Below are positions 9,667 to 19,642 of a stretch of 64,000 nucleotides of DNA, piece after piece. Position 1 is the stretch's first letter. The number at the start of each line of letters is the position of its first letter. The notes below the pieces were generated by a model. The model saw only the letters and a program-made list of their open reading frames with translations. It was not told where the DNA came from and did no database searches. The stretch is taken from assembly GCA_963796275.1 (NCBI GenBank), contig CAWCKY010000006.1, positions 576,001 through 640,000 of the forward strand. Direction: 5' to 3'. The stretch is from an uncultured Acidobacteriota bacterium. Its GTDB lineage: Bacteria; Acidobacteriota; Blastocatellia; RBC074. The position numbers and the translations under genes were made by a program.

Positions 9667-11118
9667 GTGGAGGTTTGTGTTTTAGGTACCGGATATGTGG
9701 GCCTGGTGACAGGCACGTGCCTGGCTTATCTGGGTCGCAGGGTGGTCTGCGTCGATATCGATGAACGCAAGATCAGGATGCTGCAAGAGGGAAGATCGCC
9801 TATCTACGAGCCCGGTTTGGAACAATTGATTCTCTCCTGTTTGCAGCGCGGCAATTTGAGCTTCTCGACCGATCTCGCAGCCTCGGTTAGAGAATCGGAG
9901 ATCATTTTCATAGCAGTTGGAACGCCGCCGCTGACCAACGGCAGAGCCGACCTATCATATGTTCAAACCGTCGCTCATAACGTTGGCCGGTCGCTCGATT
10001 GCGTGCGGCGGCGAATAGTAGTCAACAAATCGACGGTACCGATCGGCTCGGGCAACTGGGTTGAGATGCTCGTCAGGGATGGCCTGAATGATAACACGGC
10101 ATATCATGAAAAACTCGCGAGCGTCGCCGGTAATCAGGATAACAGAACTACCGCCAATCCCAGCCGCCGCTTGAACGCCGTCAAACCGGAAGAGATTTTC
10201 CTGATCGCATCGAACCCGGAGTTCTTACGCGAGGGTTCAGCCATCTCGGATACATTCTATCCGGATCGGTTAGTGATAGGCGCGACCAACAGTCATGCGG
10301 CGGAGCGCTTACGCGCGCTCTATCAACCGATCGTTGAGCAGAATTTTATAGCTCCGGCGATGGCTCCCCGTCCGGCTGGGTTCACCGCTGTTCCCGTTGT
10401 GACGACGGATCTCACTTCAGCCGAGATGATCAAATATGCGGCTAACGCCTTTCTCGCCACGAAGATCAGTTTCGCCAATGAGATCGCCAATATCTGCGAG
10501 AGAGTCGGCGCCGACATCAAAGAGGTGGTGCGCGGTTTCGGTCTCGACAGCCGGATCGGACCCAAGTTTTTGAATGCCGGTCTGGGTTGGGGCGGATCGT
10601 GTTTCGGGAAAGACATCTCGGCGCTCATCGATATCGCGAAAGAGTACGGATATGAGCCCTCGCTGCTCCATTCGACCGTCGAGGTCAATCGGCATCAGCG
10701 CCTGGTTCCATTGCAAAAACTGCAGGAAGTATTGAAGATCATCAAAGGGAAAACGATCGGTCTGCTCGGACTGGCATTCAAGCCGGAGACCGATGATCTG
10801 CGCGATGCCCCGGCCCTGGAGATCGCGCGGCAATTGATCGAAATGGGCGCGCGGGTCAAGGTCTACGATCCGGTGGCGAACGGCGCCTGCCGGTCACAGC
10901 ATCCCGATTTAAAGATCGAATATGCGGAAACCGCCCTTTCCCTGGCTGAAGATTGTGATGCGCTCGTTATCGTCACCGAGTGGGAGGAGTTCCGACAGCT
11001 GGAACTCGGAACCCTGGGTGAAGTCATGAATACCAAAGTCTTAATTGACGGCCGTAATGTATTCGATCCCGCCGGGGTCGAAGCATTGGGGTTTAAATAC
11101 CGTGGAATTGGCAGGTGA
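9667..11118 (+). CDS. ugd: UDP-glucose 6-dehydrogenase
   Basis: GTGYVG, NKSTVP, NPEFLREG, GWGGSCF and FKPETDDLRDAP motifs. Confidence 0.95.
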   Translation: MEVCVLGTGYVGLVTGTCLAYLGRRVVCVDIDERKIRMLQEGRSPIYEPGLEQLILSCLQRGNLSFSTDLAASVRESEIIFIAVGTPPLTNGRADLSYVQTVAHNVGRSLDCVRRRIVVNKSTVPIGSGNWVEMLVRDGLNDNTAYHEKLASVAGNQDNRTTANPSRRLNAVKPEEIFLIASNPEFLREGSAISDTFYPDRLVIGATNSHAAERLRALYQPIVEQNFIAPAMAPRPAGFTAVPVVTTDLTSAEMIKYAANAFLATKISFANEIANICERVGADIKEVVRGFGLDSRIGPKFLNAGLGWGGSCFGKDISALIDIAKEYGYEPSLLHSTVEVNRHQRLVPLQKLQEVLKIIKGKTIGLLGLAFKPETDDLRDAPALEIARQLIEMGARVKVYDPVANGACRSQHPDLKIEYAETALSLAEDCDALVIVTEWEEFRQLELGTLGEVMNTKVLIDGRNVFDPAGVEALGFKYRGIGR

Positions 11119-11127
11119 GAAAATAAA

Positions 11128-12054
11128 ATGCGTATTTTGATAACAGGTGGCGCCGGTTTCATCGGCAGCCATATGGTTGATCGCTTGATCGCCAATGGTC
11201 ACAAGGTTGTGGCGATGGACAACCTGGTGACCGGTGACCTCAACAACATCCAACATCATCGCGCGCAGCCGCAATTCGAATTTATCTTTCACGATGTGAG
11301 CAACCACATTCACGTTCCCGGAAGTGTCGACTGGGTATTGCATTTCGCGAGCCCGGCCAGCCCTATCGACTATAGCCAACTGCCGATCCAAACGCTCAAA
11401 GTCGGGGCGTTGGGTACACACAACGCGCTGGGACTGGCCATGGCTAAAGGCGCGAAATTCCTGCTGACTTCGACCTCGGAAGTCTATGGAGACCCGCTCG
11501 TTCATCCGCAGCACGAGGAATACTATGGCAACGTCAATCCCATTGGGCCGCGCGGCGTTTATGATGAGGCCAAACGTTATGCGGAAGCGCTCGCCATGGC
11601 CTATCACCGCGAGCACGGCCTGGATGTGAGAATTGTCCGAATCTTCAATACATTCGGGCCGCGGAACCGCGTCAATGACGGTCGCGTAGTTCCGACTTTC
11701 ATCAATCAGGCGCTGCAAGGTGAACCGCTCACGGTTTTCGGAGAGGGACAACAGACGCGGAGCTTTCAGTATATCGATGATCTGATCGAGGGCGTCAGCC
11801 GGTTGATGGAAACTCAATACAACGAACCGATCAACATCGGAAATACGGCTGAGATGACGATTATGGAGTTCGCCACCTTGATATTGCGTCTCACCGGCAG
11901 CAAGAGCCCGATCGTTTTTCGACCGTTGCAGCAGGACGATCCGAAAACTCGCCGGCCGGACATCTCGCGGGCCAGGGAAGTGCTCGGTTGGGAACCGCGC
12001 GTGCCTGTCGAGGAGGGATTGAAAAAGACGATCGATTGGTATCGCTCTTTTTAA
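11128..12054 (+). CDS. UDP-glucuronate decarboxylase (UDP-xylose synthase-like) NAD-dependent epimerase/dehydratase
   Basis: [23 protein letters not shown] and YDEAKR motifs. Confidence 0.9.
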   Translation: MRILITGGAGFIGSHMVDRLIANGHKVVAMDNLVTGDLNNIQHHRAQPQFEFIFHDVSNHIHVPGSVDWVLHFASPASPIDYSQLPIQTLKVGALGTHNALGLAMAKGAKFLLTSTSEVYGDPLVHPQHEEYYGNVNPIGPRGVYDEAKRYAEALAMAYHREHGLDVRIVRIFNTFGPRNRVNDGRVVPTFINQALQGEPLTVFGEGQQTRSFQYIDDLIEGVSRLMETQYNEPINIGNTAEMTIMEFATLILRLTGSKSPIVFRPLQQDDPKTRRPDISRAREVLGWEPRVPVEEGLKKTIDWYRSF

Positions 12055-12217
12055 GTTTGAAAACAGCTGCCGTTTAGGGTAAGCTTCCACTTTAAAGTTG
12101 GGCTAACTCCCGGCTCAAAATCAATAGAGCCAAAATAATTGCCTCAACATTAAACAGTAAAACCGGCTTCAAACCCGGTATGAAAAACAAACAAAATTGG
12201 TAAAGGGAGGATCCAGA

Positions 12218-12943
12218 ATGAGTCATAAAGTAGCCCCATTTCGTCAATTTCGAAAAGCGTTGGCCATTACACTGATGCTGGCAATCGGAGGGTTTTATTC
12301 GACGATTACCATTTCAGCGCTGGCACAGAGCGCAGCGAAGGCGGCAGGAGAATTATCGGTAAAGGGCAATGTGACTATCAATGGAACGTCGGCGATTTCA
12401 GGCGCCACGATCTTCAGCGAGAGTCTCGTCAAAACCCAGCGCGGAAGCGGAGCGACTATCAATCTCGGAAAGCTCGGTCGCGTGCAACTGGGGCCGGAGA
12501 GTGAAATGACATTGCGCTTCGCTAATGGCGCGATTGGAGGGAACCTGACATCCGGTCGGGCGACTCTGAGCGCACCCACCGGTGTAGCAATTTCCATAGC
12601 GACCGCTGACGGTCTCACGAGTGCCGACGGTAAACTGGCGTCTGCGTTGACGATCGATGTTACCTGCGGCAATACACGCGTGGCAGCCGCACGGAATGGC
12701 GCCAAAGTGACCGCCGGCGGCAAGGATCAGTATGTAACTGCCGGAAGTGAGGTCGCGGTCGGTCAGGCGCAGGCCCCGCGATGTGCACGGCTCTCGACTG
12801 CGAGAGAACCGGGCTTGAGTTCGGGAGCGGTTGCAGCATTAGTAATCGCCGGAGTCGGCGGTGCGGTTGGAGGCATCGTTGCCGCTACGCAATCAGACGA
12901 TGTCACGCCAACCTCAATCGTCGTGAGCGGATTTCGTCCGTAG
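12218..12943 (+). CDS. Secreted beta-rich hypothetical protein (possibly FecR-like) with Gly/Ala-rich hydrophobic C-tail
   Basis: GGAGG RBS then ATG 12218; signal peptide; GELSVKGNVTING..ATIF..VKT..GRVQLGPESEMTL pattern. Confidence 0.7.
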   Translation: MSHKVAPFRQFRKALAITLMLAIGGFYSTITISALAQSAAKAAGELSVKGNVTINGTSAISGATIFSESLVKTQRGSGATINLGKLGRVQLGPESEMTLRFANGAIGGNLTSGRATLSAPTGVAISIATADGLTSADGKLASALTIDVTCGNTRVAAARNGAKVTAGGKDQYVTAGSEVAVGQAQAPRCARLSTAREPGLSSGAVAALVIAGVGGAVGGIVAATQSDDVTPTSIVVSGFRP

Positions 12944-13023
12944 TCCGAACCTTTACAATTCAATGCGCTGAAAGACAAATTCAGGTATCGGCGCATAACA
13001 GGAGAATACGATACAGATCGATG

Positions 13024-13058
13024 ACGGCACAGACGGAAAACTTCGCCTGTGCCGTTTA
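13024..13058 (+). terminator. Probable intrinsic terminator
   Basis: acggcacag...ctgtgccgt stem followed by T-rich sequence. Confidence 0.55.
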
Positions 13059-13111
13059 TCTTTTGCCTGTATCGTTTTTTATTACCGCTCAGCCGGCCGG
13101 CAAAGACAAAT

Positions 13112-13180
13112 AGTTTTTAGTTTTCAGTTTTTAGTTTTCAGTTTCGCTTCCGGAGATCATTGGACGCTGAAGCTAAAAAC
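13112..13180. repeat. Inverted heptamer array
   Basis: (AGTTTT(T/C))x4, spacer gcttccggagatcattgg (similar to the spacer at 140-157), short right arm. Confidence 0.85.
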
Positions 13181-13196
13181 AAAAAGTATTTAAACC

Positions 13197-14318
13197 GTGA
13201 AAATTCCTCTACTTGATTTGGTTGCTCAGCACCGAACTATCAGCGATGAAGTGATGGCTGCTGTGACGCGCGTTTTCACACACCAGCACTTTATTATGGG
13301 CGTTGAGGTGGAAGAGTTCGAGAACGCTTTTGCCGATAATTGCCGGGTCAAACATGCCATCGGCTGCGCATCCGGTTCCGATGCCGTTTATCTCGCTCTG
13401 TCAGCCTGCGGGATACAGCCCGGCGACGAAGTAATCACCACTCCCTTCACTTTTTTTGCAACGACGAGCGCGATCACGAGATTGGGCGCGCGGCCGGTTT
13501 ACATCGACATCTCGCGCGAGGATTTCAACCTCAGGGTCGATTTGCTGGAAGCTGCGATCACCGATCGCACAAAAGCGATCCTGCCTGTGCATCTTTACGG
13601 TCAGTGCTCGCCCATGGATGCCATCATAGAGGTTGCGCGGAAGTTCGAGATTCCTGTTATAGAAGATGCGGCGCAGGCGATTGGCGCAGAGTATAGAGGC
13701 GTGACCGCCGGGAATATCGGCGATGCCGGCTGTTTCAGTTTTTTTCCTACGAAGAATCTCGGTGGAGCAGGTGACGGCGGCCTCATTACCACGAATAATG
13801 ACGAGCTTGCTGCTAAGTTGCGCCTGCTGCGTATGCACGGAATGGATCCCAAGTACTATCACAAGGTGGTCGGCATCAATAGCCGCCTGGACGCTTTGCA
13901 GGCGGCCGTACTCGGAGTGAAACTGAAATATGTCGGTCGATGGAACGAAGTGCGCCGGGCCAACGCCGCTCGCTATGACAGATTATTTACCGAGGCTCGA
14001 ATAGAAGAAGTCGCGCGACCGGTAGAATGCGCTGAGAGGCGCCACATCTACCACCAGTATACGATCCGCTGCGCGCGCCGCGACGAGTTGAAGACCTATC
14101 TGCAACAGCAGGGGATCGGCACCGAAATCTATTATCCGGTTCCCCTTCATCTGCAGGAATGTTTCAGATTTCTCGGCTACAGAGAAGGGGATCTGCCAGA
14201 GACCGAAATAGCCGCTAAGGAATGTTTGTCGCTGCCGATCTATGCGGAATTGACGCCCGACCAACAGGATTTCGTAGTCGAGCATATCTTGCGCTTTTAC
14301 GGGAAGAGAGTTGGTTAA
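13197..14318 (+). CDS. DegT/DnrJ/EryC1/StrS family sugar aminotransferase
   Basis: [27 protein letters not shown] and [10 protein letters not shown] motifs. Confidence 0.95.
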   Translation: MKIPLLDLVAQHRTISDEVMAAVTRVFTHQHFIMGVEVEEFENAFADNCRVKHAIGCASGSDAVYLALSACGIQPGDEVITTPFTFFATTSAITRLGARPVYIDISREDFNLRVDLLEAAITDRTKAILPVHLYGQCSPMDAIIEVARKFEIPVIEDAAQAIGAEYRGVTAGNIGDAGCFSFFPTKNLGGAGDGGLITTNNDELAAKLRLLRMHGMDPKYYHKVVGINSRLDALQAAVLGVKLKYVGRWNEVRRANAARYDRLFTEARIEEVARPVECAERRHIYHQYTIRCARRDELKTYLQQQGIGTEIYYPVPLHLQECFRFLGYREGDLPETEIAAKECLSLPIYAELTPDQQDFVVEHILRFYGKRVG

Positions 14319-14470
14319 GAGCACGGAAGCGAGATAGATGGGGGACAACCGGGGGGCAAAAAACTGAGATTTTTTCTTTGTTTACCAGGCTATGCCGTCT
14401 GTTATGATTTAGATTAAAATAGTCGTTAAATTGAACCGACCCTCGGAAAAACGAAAGAGAGGAAAGCTAT

Positions 14471-15439
14471 ATGGTTCAATTGAAGCATCGTCCGAGAAGA
14501 TTGAGGCGGACAGCGACACTGCGAGAAATGGTTCGAGAAACCAGACTCGATCCCCCGAATTTCATTTACCCGCTATTCGTCTGCCCGGGTGAAGGTGTGC
14601 GGCGTGAAGTTCGTTCGATGCCCGGGGTATTCAACCTTTCGGTGGATGAGCTCGTAAAAGAAGCAGAAGATGCGCGTAGCACAGGTCTCCGATCAATCAT
14701 CGTCTTCGGCTTGCCCGAGAGCAAGGACGATCAGGGGAGCGGCGCATTCATCGAAGATGGAATCACCCAGCGCGCCATCCGCGCGCTCAAGCGCGAAGTC
14801 AAGGACCTGGTTGTGTTGGCCGATACCTGTTTATGCGAATACACAGCACACGGTCATTGCGGCGTGATCAGAGATGGGGATGTGGCGAATGACCCGACCC
14901 TGGAGATTCTGGCGGATACGGCGATAAGCCAGGCGCAGGCCGGAGCCGACATAATCGCACCGTCAGGGATGATGGATGGGATGATTGGGGCAATCCGGAC
15001 CGGGCTGGATGCGGCGGGCTTCACCGACATGCCGATTCTGTCATACGCCGTAAAATATTCATCGGCTTTCTATGGCCCTTTCCGGGAAGCCGCAGATAGC
15101 GCGCCTCAATTCGGAGACCGCCGCAGCTATCAAATGGATCCGCCGAATGTCCGCGAGGCATTACGCGAAGCCGAACTTGATGTCGAGCAGGGTGCCGATA
15201 TGCTCATGGTCAAACCCGCATTGCCGTATCTCGATGTTATCCGCGCGATCCGCGAGCGGTTCAATCTGCCACTGGCGGCTTACCAGGTCTCAGGCGAATA
15301 CGCTCAGATCAAGGCCGCTGCCAGGCTCGGATGGATCGATGAAGAGAGAGTAATGATGGAATCACTGATAGCCATAAAACGCGCGGGCGCAGATCTGATT
15401 TTGACGTATTTCGCCAAAGATGTGATCAAAAAGCTATAG
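14471..15439 (+). CDS. hemB: Porphobilinogen synthase (Zn-binding type)
   Basis: [28 protein letters not shown] and MVKPA motifs. Confidence 0.97.
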   Translation: MVQLKHRPRRLRRTATLREMVRETRLDPPNFIYPLFVCPGEGVRREVRSMPGVFNLSVDELVKEAEDARSTGLRSIIVFGLPESKDDQGSGAFIEDGITQRAIRALKREVKDLVVLADTCLCEYTAHGHCGVIRDGDVANDPTLEILADTAISQAQAGADIIAPSGMMDGMIGAIRTGLDAAGFTDMPILSYAVKYSSAFYGPFREAADSAPQFGDRRSYQMDPPNVREALREAELDVEQGADMLMVKPALPYLDVIRAIRERFNLPLAAYQVSGEYAQIKAAARLGWIDEERVMMESLIAIKRAGADLILTYFAKDVIKKL

Positions 15440-15608
15440 CGGGAAAGGATAACCGAGCGATCGGGCAGCATGACGCACCGGGGATTTTCCTGATGAAATA
15501 TCTTTGATGAATCAGGCGGGAGTTTTAGTGCTCTCCCGATAACTTCGCACATCCCGTCCGAGCATTCTTAGCTCGGACCTCGGGCAATTTTTATTTTATT
15601 CTAGATGC

Positions 15609-15639
15609 TTGACATGTTCTCAATTTAGATTTAGTCTAA
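15609..15639 (+). promoter_or_regulatory. Sigma70 promoter overlapped by Per/Fur-type 7-1-7 box
   Basis: TTGACA 15609-15614, N17, TAGTCT 15632-15637; box TTAGATTTAGTCTAA at 15625-15639. Confidence 0.75.
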
Positions 15640-15645
15640 TTGCAG

Positions 15646-16071
15646 ATGTCGAGGTTACACCAGCAAGATGTAGAGAACATGGTGGTTGAGTCCCACCGTT
15701 TAAAGATGACGCCGCAGCGTCGAGCGATTGTGGAGTATCTGCAGTCTGCGGTACATCACCCTACAGCGGAAGAGGTATTACGGGCCGTCAACGAGAAGTT
15801 TCCAATGACATCTCGAGCGACGGTGTATAACACGCTCAACTGGCTAAAGGGAGAAGGGATGGTAAGGGAGGTATATGAGGGAGGCGTAGTCCGCTTCGAT
15901 CCCAACACTTCCGATCATCACCATTTTGTTTGTCGCCGATGCGGTAGAGTCGAAGACGTCGAGAGCGAGCTGGTCGGCACTTATAAGTTTGATCCTTTGC
16001 TCAATAGTCATACCGTAGAAAATTTCGAAATTATACTTCGAGGCATCTGCGCCGGCTGTCAGAGCAACTAA
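15646..16071 (+). CDS. perR: Fur-family peroxide-responsive repressor (PerR-like)
   Basis: TPQR, HPTAEEV, SRATVYNTL, HHHFVCRRC and C-terminal CAGC; upstream of ahpCD; start may be 15646 or 15679. Confidence 0.85.
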   Translation: MSRLHQQDVENMVVESHRLKMTPQRRAIVEYLQSAVHHPTAEEVLRAVNEKFPMTSRATVYNTLNWLKGEGMVREVYEGGVVRFDPNTSDHHHFVCRRCGRVEDVESELVGTYKFDPLLNSHTVENFEIILRGICAGCQSN

Positions 16072-16112
16072 TAATGCGGTGATTCGTTCACTGCAATTTT
16101 TTTAAATATGTA

Positions 16113-16129
16113 TTTAGACATTGTCTAAA
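16113..16129. promoter_or_regulatory. Perfect palindromic operator upstream of ahpC (PerR box candidate)
   Basis: TTTAGACATTGTCTAAA, matching the box upstream of perR. Confidence 0.75.
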
Positions 16130-16244
16130 ACTGGAACATTGATAATTTTGGAGTCGTTCATATTTAATACGAAGGGCTCTTTAAACCGGGCGATTGTGGT
16201 TGGGAACGAAACTTGCTGCAGTTGCCGAGGGGAGAAAAGAACGA

Positions 16245-16787
16245 ATGCTTAGTGTTGGAGATAGATTTCCTGGTTTCGCACTGAAAGCGGTAGTGAGTTT
16301 GGAGAAGGGGAAAGAGTTCAAAAATATTACAAACGACACATATAAGGGGAAGTGGCAAGTGGTTTTCTTCTGGCCGATGGACTTCACCTTCATATGTCCG
16401 ACCGAGATTGCGGAGTTTGGGAAGCGCAACAGGGACTTTAGCGATCGCGATGCCCAGGTTCTGGGCGTGAGCACAGACACACATTTCGTTCATCTGGCAT
16501 GGAGGCACAATCATCAGGACCTGAAGGGGCTTCCGTACCCGATGCTGGCTGATACGAAGCGAGAGCTCACATCATCGCTGGGCATTCTGCATAAAGAAGA
16601 GGGAGTCGCGTTGCGTGCCACCTTCATCGTTGACCCGGAAGGGACAATTCGCTGGGTGACAGTCAACGATCTTTCAGTCGGTCGCAATGTCGATGAGACC
16701 CTGCGAGTACTCGATGCGTTGCAGACAGACGAACTCTGCCCGTGCAATTGGCAGAAGGGCGGGAAGACCCTCGGGAATGCGGCTTAA
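16245..16787 (+). CDS. ahpC: Peroxiredoxin (alkyl hydroperoxide reductase C)
   Basis: FFWPMDFTFICPTE, GRNVDE and LCPCNW motifs; ATG 16245 after GGGGAG. Confidence 0.95.
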   Translation: MLSVGDRFPGFALKAVVSLEKGKEFKNITNDTYKGKWQVVFFWPMDFTFICPTEIAEFGKRNRDFSDRDAQVLGVSTDTHFVHLAWRHNHQDLKGLPYPMLADTKRELTSSLGILHKEEGVALRATFIVDPEGTIRWVTVNDLSVGRNVDETLRVLDALQTDELCPCNWQKGGKTLGNAA

Positions 16788-16804
16788 GAAAGAGGTGAAC
16801 GGAG

Positions 16805-17359
16805 ATGAATGAAATCGAAAGACTGAGAGAATTGCTGCCCGAGGCAGCGAAAGATATCAGATTGAATTTGCAATCTGTTTTTCAATCATCGACGCTGACT
16901 CAGGAACAGATTTGGGGAACGGCTTTGGTGTCCGCCATCGCTTCCCGGAACAAAAAGCTTACCCGGGCTGTCTTAAATGATATACCGGATAAAGTGGATA
17001 CGAGGGTCATCGAAGACGCGAAAGCCGCGGCGTCGTTGATGGCGATGAACAATGTTTACTACAGATTCCGCCATATGGTCGGCAAGGAGAGTTATTCTTC
17101 GAAGCCGGCTCGTCTGCGGATGAATTGGATCGCAAAACCACAGAACAGCAAAGCCGATTTCGAGCTTTTCTGTCTGGCAGCAAGTGCCATCAACGGTTGT
17201 GAGATGTGTATACGCTCGCACGAAGGGGCGGTGGTGAACGGTGAAATCACGGAGGATCAGGTTAACGACGTGATTCGCATTGCGGCGACGATCAACGGCG
17301 CGGCAGTTGCGCTTGATTTGGAGAACCTCGGCGGGCAGATGATGGAAGCAATAGCGTAG
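16805..17359 (+). CDS. ahpD: Alkyl hydroperoxidase D
   Basis: AKDIRLNL, MAMNNVYYRF and AINGCEMCIRSH motifs; follows ahpC. Confidence 0.92.
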   Translation: MNEIERLRELLPEAAKDIRLNLQSVFQSSTLTQEQIWGTALVSAIASRNKKLTRAVLNDIPDKVDTRVIEDAKAAASLMAMNNVYYRFRHMVGKESYSSKPARLRMNWIAKPQNSKADFELFCLAASAINGCEMCIRSHEGAVVNGEITEDQVNDVIRIAATINGAAVALDLENLGGQMMEAIA

Positions 17360-17500
17360 AAATTACAATGAAGCCTTCCGTTTCATTGTGGGTAGTGCCC
17401 CGAAAAATGGAAACAGTTCGGAATAACGGCTTCAAGCGGAAAGTTTTCAATGTTCCTCTTGAAGCCGAAATTAGAACCGCATTCCAAGGAGGATGAAAAG

Positions 17501-17770
17501 ATGAAAACGCCGGAAGACATCAAAAATGCTTTGAATGCTATGTCTGCTAATAAGCGCAACAAGGTCGAGTCGATTGTGCGCCGTCATATCGATGCCTGCC
17601 AACGGATGGGAGTTGAGGTCGAGTACCTCGACCGCGTCTGGATAGAGTCAATCGAAGCCGTGCAGATCGAGGAGAAGTTCCCTGGAATCATGGTCGAAGA
17701 CAATGAATGGCCCGAGGTCGAACCCGCGCGCCGTTATCATGTCTACGAACCACCCAGGGCCGAGTGGTAA
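17501..17770 (+). CDS. Small hypothetical protein
   Basis: AAGGAGG RBS before ATG 17501; followed by a hairpin at 17796-17838. Confidence 0.65.
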   Translation: MKTPEDIKNALNAMSANKRNKVESIVRRHIDACQRMGVEVEYLDRVWIESIEAVQIEEKFPGIMVEDNEWPEVEPARRYHVYEPPRAEW

Positions 17771-17859
17771 GGACGGATTCGATGATTGCGTCAGTGCGGA
17801 TTGGTTATTCGCTGTTCCATGCGATGCCAATCCGCACCTCTATTTAATTATTAAACATT

Positions 17860-18600
17860 TCAGTTAATATCCCCGAAAAGGTGTTGTGAGAGGATGACAG
17901 CTGCTATCGCGGCTGTTTCAGTGCGCAGGATACGCGAACCCAGATGAACGGGTATAAATCCGGATCTCCCGCTCAATTCTATCTCACGTTCACTCCATCC
18001 GCCTTCCGATGCTACAGACATATTGAGCTCACCGATACATCCGAGTTTCGATCCGACATCACGCACCTTCAGACCGCCGTGCTCCGAAAATATCAAATTG
18101 TTCCTCTCCTTTTCGGATTGGCAGAAATCATCAAATTTTATCGGGTCAGAGAATTCAACCTGTTTGCGTCTGCCGCATTGCTTGGTGGATTCAAGCGCGA
18201 TCCGCTGCCAACGAGCGAGACGATGCCCGGAGCTATCTCGGGCGAGGCGCAAGTCGCTGTGATCGGTGATGAGCGGAACGATGCGCGTCACACCGAGTTC
18301 GGTCGCCTTCTGCACCACCCAGTCGAATTTGTCGCCTTTGATCATTGCCTGCGCAAGAGTCAGATTCAGGTGGGACTCGACTAAATCATCAAGTCGCCGA
18401 ATGAGTTTGATTTCGGCCTCGCCTCTGCCCACTCGCGCAATCTCGCATTCCCATTCATTACCCACGCCGTCAAAAACAAAAACACGCGCGCCTTCACTGA
18501 GCCGCAGAACTCGCGCCAGATGGTGCGATTCATCAGGGTCGAGAATGATCGTAGATCGATCGAATCGCGAAGGTGCGGCGTAGAAACGATGACGTTGCAT
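17860..18600 (-). CDS. rsmE: 16S rRNA m3U1498 methyltransferase
   Basis: HHLARVLRL, QKATELGV and LGSRILRTETAA motifs. Confidence 0.95.
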   Translation of the reverse strand: MQRHRFYAAPSRFDRSTIILDPDESHHLARVLRLSEGARVFVFDGVGNEWECEIARVGRGEAEIKLIRRLDDLVESHLNLTLAQAMIKGDKFDWVVQKATELGVTRIVPLITDHSDLRLARDSSGHRLARWQRIALESTKQCGRRKQVEFSDPIKFDDFCQSEKERNNLIFSEHGGLKVRDVGSKLGCIGELNMSVASEGGWSEREIELSGRSGFIPVHLGSRILRTETAAIAAVILSQHLFGDIN

Positions 18601-18602
18601 GT

Positions 18603-19523
18603 TCAGCTATTGATTTGGAGCGCATATGTGACCCACTCGCCGTCCGGTTTTTCCTCGATTACCTCGAATCGATACGGTTGGAGGGCCGCGCGCACCTCGT
18701 CTCCCTGCTCCTTTAAAATGCCTGAGATGATCAATATACCAGGGGGCGTAGTCGTTTGCCCCTGTTGCCCCTGTTGCCCCTGTTGCCCCGTTGATTTGAT
18801 GACCTGCTTAAAATCGGCTGCAAGCGGTATGATGACGTCGGCTGTAAGATTGGCGAGCACAAGCTCGAACTCCTGGCCGTGAAAAGAGGATATCTTATTG
18901 ACTTCGAGTTCTATTTCATCGGCGACATCATTGATAGCGGCATTCTCCTGGGCGACTGCGACAGCTTCCGGATCTATGTCGATTCCGATAACGCGAGCAT
19001 TCGGAGCAAGTTTGATCGCCGCTATTGCGAGGATGCCGGTGCCCGTTCCGACATCGAGCAGCGAGCCGCCGCGCCAATATTTTTCGAGCATCTCGAGACA
19101 TCCGCGTGTCGTCTCGTGGGTTCCGGTGCCGAAAGCCATTCCCGGATCGATCTGTACCAAGACCCGGTCGGTATTTCTGTCGACCTTCCACGAGGGTACG
19201 ATAAGCAGACGGCGCCCGATCTCAATCGGCTCGTAGCCCTTCTTCCACTCGGCGAGCCAATCTTGATCTGCTATAGTCGATCGCTTGATTTCACCTAGCG
19301 CCGTTTCGGGATGACCGATCAGCTTCAATCCGCGGGTTATCTGGTCGCGCAGTTTTTCCAGGTCCGGCGCGAAGTCGAAATATGCGCGCAGCGTGATGAA
19401 ATTTGATGGTTCTTCCGAAAACTCGATTCCGTTTGTGCCAAATGCCCAGAGCTGAGTTGTCGCGGCCGCCTCAGCTACGCGCTCTATTTTGATTTCGACC
19501 GCATACCAGAACTTTTTGTCCAT
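18603..19523 (-). CDS. prmA: Ribosomal protein L11 methyltransferase
   Basis: IDPGMAFGTGTHETT, LDVGTGTGILAI, ANL and ISGI motifs. Confidence 0.95.
   Translation of the reverse strand: MDKKFWYAVEIKIERVAEAAATTQLWAFGTNGIEFSEEPSNFITLRAYFDFAPDLEKLRDQITRGLKLIGHPETALGEIKRSTIADQDWLAEWKKGYEPIEIGRRLLIVPSWKVDRNTDRVLVQIDPGMAFGTGTHETTRGCLEMLEKYWRGGSLLDVGTGTGILAIAAIKLAPNARVIGIDIDPEAVAVAQENAAINDVADEIELEVNKISSFHGQEFELVLANLTADVIIPLAADFKQVIKSTGQQGQQGQQGQTTTPPGILIISGILKEQGDEVRAALQPYRFEVIEEKPDGEWVTYALQINS
18756..18789. repeat. 9-bp in-frame tandem repeat (TTGCCCCTG)x3.8 within prmA
   Basis: Encodes GQQGQQGQQGQ. Confidence 0.9.
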
Positions 19524-19642
19524 ATGTAAAATTGCTCAGCAGCCCTGATCCTCATCGCTGAAAACCAGTGTACTCGCACAGGCCAGATAGACGGCGCAAT
19601 TGTACTAAAAATGAGCTCTTTGCATACACTAAAGGTATCTTT

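Noticed and set aside
11041-12090. 349-aa antisense ORF (and similar ones opposite groEL, gap and cysS)
   Set aside because: Antisense shadows of well-supported genes.
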